Origin: Nitrososphaerota archaeon
Lineage (GTDB): Archaea > Thermoproteota > Nitrososphaeria > Nitrososphaerales > Gagatemarchaeaceae
NCBI GenBank assembly: GCA_016193005.1
Contig: JACPTA010000048.1
Span: forward strand, 5,791 to 29,790
Direction: 5' to 3'
DNA length: 24,000 nucleotides
Shown here: positions 1 to 6,249 of the stretch, piece after piece
Layout of the letters: the number at the start of each line of letters is the position of its first letter
Numbering within the stretch: position 1 is the stretch's first letter
The notes under the pieces: model-generated
Told to the model about the DNA's origin: nothing
The model's database searches: none
What the model saw: only the letters and a program-made list of their open reading frames with translations
Program-made: the position numbers and the translations under genes

Positions 1-221
1 CTCTCGAGGTCAGTCTTGAGCGGCAACATTCCGAGCCTGTGCGCGAGTATCTCGTCGTAGAGGACGGAGGAGTTCTCGAGAATCACGACGTCGTCAATCG
101 CCATCGAGGGCACCTCCGAGAGGCAGAATCGCCTGACCGCGTTTGCGTAGCTGCGGTCCACCCCATCAAGTTGCAACGAGACTCTGTCTTCTGCATCTTC
201 CAAAACTTTGACCTTGAGCAT
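1..221 (-). CDS. rpoD: DNA-directed RNA polymerase subunit D (Rpo3), N-terminal part; the gene runs off the left window edge
   Basis: Absent from the ORF track because it is truncated by the edge. My minus-strand translation from ATG 221..219 reads MLKVKVLEDAEDRVSLQLDGVDRSYANAVRRFCLSEVPSMAIDDVVILENSSVLYDEILAHRLGMLPLKTDLE. This matches the conserved N-terminus of archaeal RpoD / Rpb3 (ANAxRR, SEVPxMAID, ENxSVLxDExLAHRLG). The + ORF 39..230 is its shadow. Confidence 0.8.
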   Translation of the reverse strand, partial: MLKVKVLEDAEDRVSLQLDGVDRSYANAVRRFCLSEVPSMAIDDVVILENSSVLYDEILAHRLGMLPLKTDLE

Positions 222-361
222 ATCAAATAATTCTCCAGTTAGTGAACCCGAAAAGTTCGAAATCGAGGTAGGTCTGGGGTTTAAAAACATTCGTCAGAAA
301 AGAGCAGGGAAACACCACAAGAATCTTATCTGACGGCCGCAATTGCCATCCAAGACCAGAA

Positions 362-829
362 ATGAGATGGGTGACAAGAGAGAGGGCGAAGGTTGACAGA
401 ATTGCTTGCCCTTGGCTGATAAAGAAGTTCGTAGACAGGGAGGCTGAGTTTCTCTTCGTTCCTAAAGAGGAGGTGTTGGAGGTTGCGAAGGGGAAGAATG
501 CCATTGCCTTTGACGCTCCGGGGGCTGACCTCACGCATTACAAGGAGGATGGCCAGGATTACGTGAGCTTTGATGCCATCGTCCGCAGGTACGGTCTGAA
601 GGATAAGGCCCTGCTCGAACTGGCTAAGATTGTCCGTGGCGCTGACACAACAATACCAGGTCCGCCCCCTGAGTCGGCAGGGCTGGAAGCGGCTGCGACC
701 GGCTTCAGGGCAGTCGCAAAGGACGACTTCGAGAACATGCAGCTGCAATTCCCTCTCTACGACGCTCTCTACAATTACTGCCAGCTGAAGGTTCAGGGGT
801 CGGCGAGGCTCGAACACGCCGTTAGGTGA
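362..829 (+). CDS. ChrB C-terminal-domain-like protein (chromate resistance family), 155 aa
   Basis: ATG start. The N-terminal WVTRERAKVDRIACPWLIKKFVDREAEFLFVP resembles the hallmark DRxACPWLIxRFID block of the ChrB C-terminal (Chrome_Resist) domain. Recognised from memory, not searched. Confidence 0.55.
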   Translation: MRWVTRERAKVDRIACPWLIKKFVDREAEFLFVPKEEVLEVAKGKNAIAFDAPGADLTHYKEDGQDYVSFDAIVRRYGLKDKALLELAKIVRGADTTIPGPPPESAGLEAAATGFRAVAKDDFENMQLQFPLYDALYNYCQLKVQGSARLEHAVR

Positions 830-887
830 ATTGCGGACGGCAATTCTTATAATCTCAGGCTTACGGGCGGAGTAAAGAATTCAAGGC

Positions 888-1388
888 TTGTCGACCGAAT
901 TCAGACACCTCGTGAGGATAAGAGGGAAGGACCTCGAAGGTTCGAAGAAGCTAGTCGCAGCCTTGGCCGATTTGAAGGGCATCGGTGACAATTTCTCACA
1001 CATGCTGATTACTAACCTGGGGCTCGACCCGAAGATGAGGACCGGGTTTCTGTCGGAGGCACAGGTGAAGGAGATTGAGAGGTCCCTGCAGGACACCTCA
1101 TCGTTGAAGATTCCACAGTGGGCGTTCAACAGGAAGAAGGATCCAGAGACGGGGGAGACGAAGCACTTGATCGGGTCCGACCTGGACTTTACGGCGAAGA
1201 ACGACATCGAGGGAGAGAAGAACATCCAGAGCTGGAGGGGGATAAGACACTCGCTGGGGCTCAAGGTTAGAGGGCAGAGGACGAGGACGACGGGGAGGAA
1301 GGGACGCACGGTGGGTGTTCGGAAGACTGCCCTCGCTGCTGCTGCGGCGGCAGCGGCTGCCGCGGCCAAGGGCGAAGAGAAGAAGTGA
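888..1388 (+). CDS. rps13: 30S ribosomal protein S13 (uS13), with an unusual poly-Ala C-terminal tail
   Basis: STEFRHLVRIRGKDLEGSKKLVAALADLKGIG and GIRHSLGLKVRGQRTRTTGRKG are typical uS13 blocks. The start codon is TTG at 888. Confidence 0.92.
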   Translation: MSTEFRHLVRIRGKDLEGSKKLVAALADLKGIGDNFSHMLITNLGLDPKMRTGFLSEAQVKEIERSLQDTSSLKIPQWAFNRKKDPETGETKHLIGSDLDFTAKNDIEGEKNIQSWRGIRHSLGLKVRGQRTRTTGRKGRTVGVRKTALAAAAAAAAAAAKGEEKK

Positions 1389-1394
1389 GACTCG

Positions 1395-1910
1395 TTGGGA
1401 GATCCAAAGAGGCCGAGGAAGAAGTTCACAAAGCCGAAAAATCCTTGGCAGAGCGACCAGCTCGTTCAGGAGCTGTACCTCGTCGGCAACTATGGTCTGA
1501 GGAACAAGAGAGAGCTCTGGAAGGCGCAGACACAGTTGAGCGCGATAAGGAAGCAGGCGAGGAGGCTGCTCGCCGCTTCGGAGGAGGTGAGGCTGAGGGA
1601 GGAGAAGAAGCTCCTCGACAGTCTGAAGCGGAAGGGGCTAGTTGGCGAGGGCGTTACCCTCGATGACATCCTGAGCCTCAGTGTCGAGGACATGCTGGGA
1701 AGAAGACTTCAGAGCGTGGTATTCAGGAAGGGGCTGGCCGTCTCGCCTCTCCAGGCTAGGCAGCGCATCGTTCATGGTCACGTGAAGATCGGTGAACGGG
1801 TGATAGACAGGCCGGGATATTTGGTCACAAAGACAGACGAGGGACAGGTACAAGTTGTAGGTGGGATGCCCACGGAGCCTCCGAAGGAAGAGGCACCCAT
1901 AGCGAAGTGA
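1395..1910 (+). CDS. rps4: 30S ribosomal protein S4 (uS4)
   Basis: The canonical archaeal uS4 N-terminus (M)GDPKRPRKKFTKPKNPW begins exactly at TTG 1395. An S4 RNA-binding domain follows (RLQSVVFRKGLAVSPLQARQRIVHGHVKI). Confidence 0.92.
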   Translation: MGDPKRPRKKFTKPKNPWQSDQLVQELYLVGNYGLRNKRELWKAQTQLSAIRKQARRLLAASEEVRLREEKKLLDSLKRKGLVGEGVTLDDILSLSVEDMLGRRLQSVVFRKGLAVSPLQARQRIVHGHVKIGERVIDRPGYLVTKTDEGQVQVVGGMPTEPPKEEAPIAK

Positions 1911-1916
1911 TTCCAG

Positions 1917-1955
1917 ATGTCCGAAGAAGATGCCCTAAAGGATCGGTGGGGAATC
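1917..1955 (+). pseudogene. rps11: Orphaned original 5' end of rps11 (13 codons, MSEEDALKDRWGI), separated from the rest of the gene by the cassette
   Basis: The ATG lies 6 nt after the rps4 stop, which is operon-style spacing. The 13 codons parallel the N-terminus of the intact S11 ORF at 2926 ([13 protein letters not shown]). After 1955 the frame reads unrelated sequence and stops at 2028-2030. Confidence 0.7.
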
Positions 1956-2132
1956 CTACCTCATTCCCAAGATCCGCTCGATGACCGATGTTCCGTAGCC
2001 GTAGAGCTCGGAAAGCTTGCCAATCGATAGACCAGAATGATAGTACGACTTCCTGATCCTCCCTGCCACCTCGTCTGGAACGTCTACCCTCGTCGTGGCA
2101 TGAGCCCTGTCGAGCGAGAATTTATATTTCAA
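1956..2132 (-). CDS. Small helix-turn-helix protein (58 codons, TTG start), coupled to the LAGLIDADG ORF; could alternatively be a frameshifted C-terminal domain
   Basis: Below the track's length cut-off. My translation reads (M)KYKFSLDRAHATTRVDVPDEVAGRIRKSYYHSGLSIGKLSELYGYGTSVIERILGMR*. The segment SIGKLSELYGYGTSVIERIL looks like a classic HTH. TTG 2132..2130 lies 1 nt after the upstream stop codon (2136..2134). Confidence 0.4.
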   Translation of the reverse strand: MKYKFSLDRAHATTRVDVPDEVAGRIRKSYYHSGLSIGKLSELYGYGTSVIERILGMR

Positions 2133-2133
2133 C

Positions 2134-2673
2134 TTAATTCCTTCCGAGCGTGTAGGGCAGGCTGGAAGTTTTCAGCTTTCCCATCTTGTTGCCGATTTCA
2201 ACTTCATGATTAACTCTCGCTATTAACTCGTCTCCTGTGATTCTATTCTCAAGATACTCGACGACCCCTTTCAGTTCTGCTTTCTTCTTGAATGCGTGGG
2301 GTAGCATCTCCCTCGATGCCTTCAATACCCCCTGAACGTTACAAACCCTCAACTGCCATGCGGAGATCCCTCGTTTGCTCTTTCTCGCGGTGAGGTATCC
2401 AGCTCTCACACCATGACTCTCGAGAAAGTCCTTCACTGCTAACAATTGTTTATCCCAATTGTCGGTGAATCCAAGAGTGATTGTTACGACGAATTGTCTA
2501 ACCAGCTCATCGAGATTCCCGTCGCCATCCAGGTAACCAGCTAAGACAGACCAATTCTTGTAGCCGCTGTCTTGATCCCCTTGGGGATGTATGCATAGGT
2601 GGCCAATTTCCGAGGTTTGTATCTCGTCAGCTTGTTTCTCATGAACAGCTTCGTTCTGCGTGTCGACTGTCAA
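2134..2673 (-). CDS. LAGLIDADG-family homing endonuclease, single-motif (homodimer-type), 179 aa
   Basis: The motif WSVLAGYLDGDGN matches the LAGLIDADG consensus. Its size is similar to single-domain enzymes such as I-CreI. TTG is the only available start, and an in-frame stop lies at 2728-2730 upstream. The ORF is A/T-richer than its surroundings. Confidence 0.75.
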   Translation of the reverse strand: MTVDTQNEAVHEKQADEIQTSEIGHLCIHPQGDQDSGYKNWSVLAGYLDGDGNLDELVRQFVVTITLGFTDNWDKQLLAVKDFLESHGVRAGYLTARKSKRGISAWQLRVCNVQGVLKASREMLPHAFKKKAELKGVVEYLENRITGDELIARVNHEVEIGNKMGKLKTSSLPYTLGRN

Positions 2674-2883
2674 CGGAACAATACCCTCGTCCCCTATTTC
2701 TCCACCACTCTTTTCGAAGGAACATCCTCAGAACATGCCTCCTTCCTCTCCGTCTTGCAAGTCCAATAGGATGAAAGTCATGATTGTTTCGACCGTGATA
2801 CCTTTGGTCGCCTCACGAGTACAATGTTACTGAAAGGGGGTTGCCTGACGAAAGAGGTTTACCAACAATGAATTCGCAGAAGA

Positions 2884-2896
2884 TTTCATAAAGGAG
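2884..2896 (+). promoter_or_regulatory. TATA-like element (TTTCATAAAGGAG) upstream of the relocated rps11 start
   Basis: An A/T-rich TATA-like box lies about 35-40 nt upstream of TTG 2926, inside the cassette. This geometry is compatible with an archaeal promoter giving a short leader. Based on sequence pattern only. Confidence 0.25.
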
Positions 2897-2925
2897 CACT
2901 CTGACGGGTTCGCAGCTGTGATAGC

Positions 2926-3333
2926 TTGAGTGCCGATGAAGATTCTTTAAGAGATCGTTGGGGTATCGTCCACATCTACAGCAGCTATAACAACACGATA
3001 GTCCACATAACCGACCTGACTGGCGCTGAGACAATATCATTCTCGTCCGGGGGAAGACACGTCAAGGCCGACCGTTTTGAATCGTCTCCCTACGCAGCAA
3101 TGCGATCCGCTTCCGCTGCGGGTGAAGTTGCCAAGGCCAAGGGAATAACGGCGGTGCACATCAAGGTCAGGGCTGTGGGAGGTACGGGTCCTCGCACTCC
3201 CGGTCCTGGGGCCCAGGCGGCGATCAGGGCCATCGCTAGGTCCGGTTTCAGGATTGGAAGGATAGAGGACGTTACTCCGATACCGCACGACACCACCAGG
3301 AAGAAGGGCGGCAGAAGGGGAAGGAGAGCTTAA
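2926..3333 (+). CDS. rps11: 30S ribosomal protein S11 (uS11); the first ~14 codons are supplied by the cassette
   Basis: [33 protein letters not shown] and [30 protein letters not shown] are typical uS11 blocks. The start is TTG at 2926, with an in-frame stop at 2902-2904 upstream. Confidence 0.9.
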   Translation: MSADEDSLRDRWGIVHIYSSYNNTIVHITDLTGAETISFSSGGRHVKADRFESSPYAAMRSASAAGEVAKAKGITAVHIKVRAVGGTGPRTPGPGAQAAIRAIARSGFRIGRIEDVTPIPHDTTRKKGGRRGRRA

Positions 3334-4331
3334 AGGCGCGCTCTGTGGAGAACTTCCACACTATCGACCTTTCCGTCTCCATCGAGATCAACTCCGCGCA
3401 GGACGATGGCGAAATCCTTGCCACCGTACGGTTCGAGAACCTGCTCCGCCAGGTTCGTCACGCCAATTATTGCGGCCTTCGTGGCCGCTCCCGTCAGCCC
3501 GGCAGCTATCGTGCAAACGTTCGAGCTGCTCCACGGATTTCGAACCTTCGCAACTAGCGCATCGAGCTCGGAGAAGTACCTCTTCCCGGTGTCGTCGACG
3601 ATCGCTCCCCAAAAATTCTCTTCGGAGAACCGTACGGGGAGGTGCGGGTTCAGCTCCGCCGAGATGGTGTTCGTTCGTGGCCCGCCGACGATCACCAGAT
3701 TGGATCCTTCGAGCTTCTCGCTCTTTATGTCGACCTCGAGCTTGACCGGAAAGACCCTCGGAAGGTTAACGAACTGGCCGAGTGCGAATCCGAGCTGGAC
3801 CGCATAATGGCCATCCCTGCTCTGCGTTCTGTTGGGTCCGTGGGGCTCGGGCGATCCGACAACGATCCATCCGTTGAACTGCCCTCCTTGAAGAAACTCC
3901 TTGAAGAACGCCCGGAGGGACTCGGAACGCGTCCCCGTGAAGAGTGAGGGCAGCGCCTCTCCGCCTACGCCGAACTCGACCGCGTAGCCATCAGTGGTAA
4001 GAGCGTACTTGTTCGCCCTTCCCCCACGGATCTCCTCGTGCCCGACTTTCTTGATGAGACCAGCCCTTTCAAGCCTGTGCATGTGGTAGTAGACTGTCTG
4101 GTGATACCTGTGAAGCTTCCGGGCAACGTTCGACGGGTGATCGGGTCCGTTCGAAAGCGCAGAGAGGATCGCGTGACCAAGCGCGCTGAACGCAGCGCTA
4201 AATGATTCAGGACTGTCCGAAGCAATAACCTTCTTCGCACGCAGCTCCTTCGAGGACGGGTCTACCAGAAGCCTCCTTCTGACCACAACGAGACCGCTGC
4301 CGACCATTATTAAATTGTTTTGCATGGTCAT
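3330..4331 (-). CDS. Winged-HTH (ArsR/TrmB-like) transcriptional regulator with an uncharacterised ~200-aa C-terminal domain, 333 aa
   Basis: [32 protein letters not shown] is an ArsR-type wHTH. I do not recognise the C-terminal two thirds. ATG start. Confidence 0.6.
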   Translation of the reverse strand: MTMQNNLIMVGSGLVVVRRRLLVDPSSKELRAKKVIASDSPESFSAAFSALGHAILSALSNGPDHPSNVARKLHRYHQTVYYHMHRLERAGLIKKVGHEEIRGGRANKYALTTDGYAVEFGVGGEALPSLFTGTRSESLRAFFKEFLQGGQFNGWIVVGSPEPHGPNRTQSRDGHYAVQLGFALGQFVNLPRVFPVKLEVDIKSEKLEGSNLVIVGGPRTNTISAELNPHLPVRFSEENFWGAIVDDTGKRYFSELDALVAKVRNPWSSSNVCTIAAGLTGAATKAAIIGVTNLAEQVLEPYGGKDFAIVLRGVDLDGDGKVDSVEVLHRARL

Positions 4332-4371
4332 TCCTGTCGAACTCGTCTCGAGAGTCCCAGCCGTGTGTCAC

Positions 4372-4389
4372 TGCAAACTCGAGTTTGCA
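4372..4389. promoter_or_regulatory. Perfect 18-bp palindrome TGCAAACTCGAGTTTGCA in the divergent regulator/glmS intergenic region (candidate operator)
   Basis: The sequence equals its own reverse complement. It lies 41 nt from the regulator start codon and 60 nt from the glmS ATG. Confidence 0.45.
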
Positions 4390-4448
4390 TTGTTTTCATT
4401 CGTTAGTAACGGAGATTATTAGCACGACGACCTTGCGGGAATGCGTTA

Positions 4449-6215
4449 ATGTGCGGAATAATCGCCTGCATCGCTGACGACAGAGCAGCTCCCATTCTCC
4501 TGGAGGGATTGAAGAGAGTAGAGTACAGGGGCTACGACTCAGCGGGGGTAGCCACCATCGGGAGAGATGGGATACTAGTCAAGAAGGACGTGGGCAAGAT
4601 CGCGCAGATCGAGGCACGGCAGAAACTATCTTTGCTGGATGGGAGAATCGGAGTGGCTCACACGAGATGGGCGACTCACGGAGGAGTGACGAAGCGCAAC
4701 GCCCACCCCCACACATCATGCAATGAACTGGTAGCGATTGCGCACAATGGAATCATCAAGAATTACCTCAAACTCAAGAAAGAGCTCGAGCTAAAGGGGC
4801 ACAAGTTCAAGAGCGAGACGGATAGCGAAGTCATTGCACACCTTCTCGAAGAAGAGTACAAAAGATTGAGAAACCCGACGCGGGCCACGGCGTCGGCGGC
4901 AAGGAAGCTGGAGGGGCAATATGCCTTCGTAGCGCTCTTCCAGGGCAGAGGAGACCTTCTGACGGGGGCGAGGAACGATGCCCCACTCTTGGTCGGGTTG
5001 TCGGAGAGGAAGAGATTCCTGGCGAGTGATGTCCTCGCGTTCATCGAGCACACAGACAGGGTGATCTTCATGGACAATCTGGAGGTCGTCACGGTGACCG
5101 ACAAGGATGTGAGAATCAGCGACCTGAGCGGTAAGGAGGTCAGGAAGGAGGTGACTCAGATCGCATGGGAGCTGGCTGACGTTAGCAAGCTCGATTACGC
5201 GCACTACACCCTGAAGGAGATTGAAGAGCAACCATCCACCCTCCACAGAGCGCTGATTCAGGAGGAGGAGAAGCTCGCCTCGTTCGTCGAGGTCCTGAAG
5301 AGCTCAGATTCCGTCTTCTTGACGGGCGCAGGCTCGAGCTTTCACGCCGCGCTGGTCCTCAAGCACAGGTTGAACATCGAAGCGAGAATTCGGGCCGATG
5401 CCGTGGTTGCGGGGGAGTTCGCGAGCCAGAGCCATTTCATGAATAGGAACTCGACAGTCGTAGCCATCAGTCAGAGCGGCGAGACTGCAGATGTGCTCGA
5501 AGCGGTGAAGGTTGCACGCTCGAAAGGCGCGAGAGTGCTCTCGATCGTGAACGCGGTGGGTTCATCACTCGTCTCGGCGGGAGATCACGCGCTCCATCTC
5601 AACTGCGGGCCTGAGGTCGGGGTTGCAGCCACAAAGAGCTTCACGGCACAGCTCGCGATTATCGGATTGGTACTCGACAGTCTGACTGGCAAGGAGACAT
5701 CGCTCAATGGTGAGAGTCTGGCGCGCCGCGTGAAGGAGACCTTGGCCGTGAGGGAGAGGGCCCGCGCCCTTGCAAAGAGATACAGGCATAGGCCTGACTT
5801 TTACTTCATCGGGAGGAGCGTCCACTATCCGATAGCCCTAGAGGGGGCACTCAAGTTGAAGGAGCTCTCGTACATTCATGCAGAGGGGATGCCCGCGAGC
5901 GAACTAAAGCACGGGACGCTGGCTCTGATAGAGGAGGGGACACCGGTTGTGGTACTCAACCCTGGCGACGAGACATACGACGACACGCTCTCCAACGCGC
6001 ACGAGCTCAAGGCAAGAGGTGCGGAGGTGATCGGGATAACAGACCGGGCGAACAAGCTCTACACCCACACAATCTCTGTCCCCCATGTGGCGGAGAGCGT
6101 GATGCCCATCCTGGAAGTGATTCCTCTCCAATTTCTCGCGTATTACACCGCTTTGGAGCGGAAGAACAATCCGGACTACCCGAGGAACCTGGCGAAATCG
6201 GTAACCGTAAAATAA
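4449..6215 (+). CDS. glmS: Glutamine--fructose-6-phosphate aminotransferase (isomerising)
   Basis: The N-terminal MCGI carries the nucleophilic Cys. A GATase class II domain is present (RGYDSAGVA, HTRWATHG). Two SIS domains follow (ISQSGETADV). The C-terminal end is KSVTVK. Confidence 0.95.
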   Translation: MCGIIACIADDRAAPILLEGLKRVEYRGYDSAGVATIGRDGILVKKDVGKIAQIEARQKLSLLDGRIGVAHTRWATHGGVTKRNAHPHTSCNELVAIAHNGIIKNYLKLKKELELKGHKFKSETDSEVIAHLLEEEYKRLRNPTRATASAARKLEGQYAFVALFQGRGDLLTGARNDAPLLVGLSERKRFLASDVLAFIEHTDRVIFMDNLEVVTVTDKDVRISDLSGKEVRKEVTQIAWELADVSKLDYAHYTLKEIEEQPSTLHRALIQEEEKLASFVEVLKSSDSVFLTGAGSSFHAALVLKHRLNIEARIRADAVVAGEFASQSHFMNRNSTVVAISQSGETADVLEAVKVARSKGARVLSIVNAVGSSLVSAGDHALHLNCGPEVGVAATKSFTAQLAIIGLVLDSLTGKETSLNGESLARRVKETLAVRERARALAKRYRHRPDFYFIGRSVHYPIALEGALKLKELSYIHAEGMPASELKHGTLALIEEGTPVVVLNPGDETYDDTLSNAHELKARGAEVIGITDRANKLYTHTISVPHVAESVMPILEVIPLQFLAYYTALERKNNPDYPRNLAKSVTVK

Positions 6216-6249
6216 ATAGTAAATAATACACCTCGTTCAGCCTCAATCC

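Larger units (their letters stand above)
1956..2967. mobile_element. Homing-endonuclease cassette (~1.0 kb) inserted in the rps11 5' end. It carries an HTH ORF, a LAGLIDADG ORF, a divergent intergenic region and a recoded rps11 5' end
   Basis: It is bounded by the duplicated rps11 5' coding segment (1917-1955 versus 2926-2967). It has lower G+C: my counts give about 43% for 2161-2280 versus about 57% for 1501-1560 in rps4. It contains a LAGLIDADG ORF. The boundaries are inferred from where the duplication ends. Confidence 0.65.

Noticed and set aside
39-230. A 63-aa plus-strand ORF at the left edge.
   Set aside because: The opposite strand encodes a clear RpoD/Rpo3 N-terminus, so the plus ORF is its shadow.
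331-850. Shared GCAATT/GACGGC motifs flanking the ChrB-like gene, considered as possible insertion-sequence ends. They are CTGACGGCCGCAATTGCC at 331-347, and GAATTGC-GGACG-GCAATTC, a perfect 7-bp hairpin, at 828-846.
   Set aside because: The shared part is only about 8 nt (CCGCAATT / AATTGCGG). There are no target-site duplications and no transposase. The downstream element is adequately explained as a post-stop hairpin followed by a TATA-like TTCTTATAATC for the rps13 operon.
1917-3333. rps11 interrupted by an intron (group I or archaeal bulge-helix-bulge) or by an intein.
   Set aside because: The downstream ORF carries its own complete copy of the N-terminal codons, so splicing would duplicate them. 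The endonuclease ORF is on the opposite strand and not in frame with S11, which excludes an intein. Insertion with a duplicated, recoded 5' end fits better.
4390-4448. A possible glmS ribozyme or riboswitch in the glmS leader.
   Set aside because: The leader is only about 60 nt, whereas the ribozyme core needs about 125-170 nt. I see none of its conserved pseudoknotted core, and it is a bacterial element. The palindromic operator is the more likely control element.
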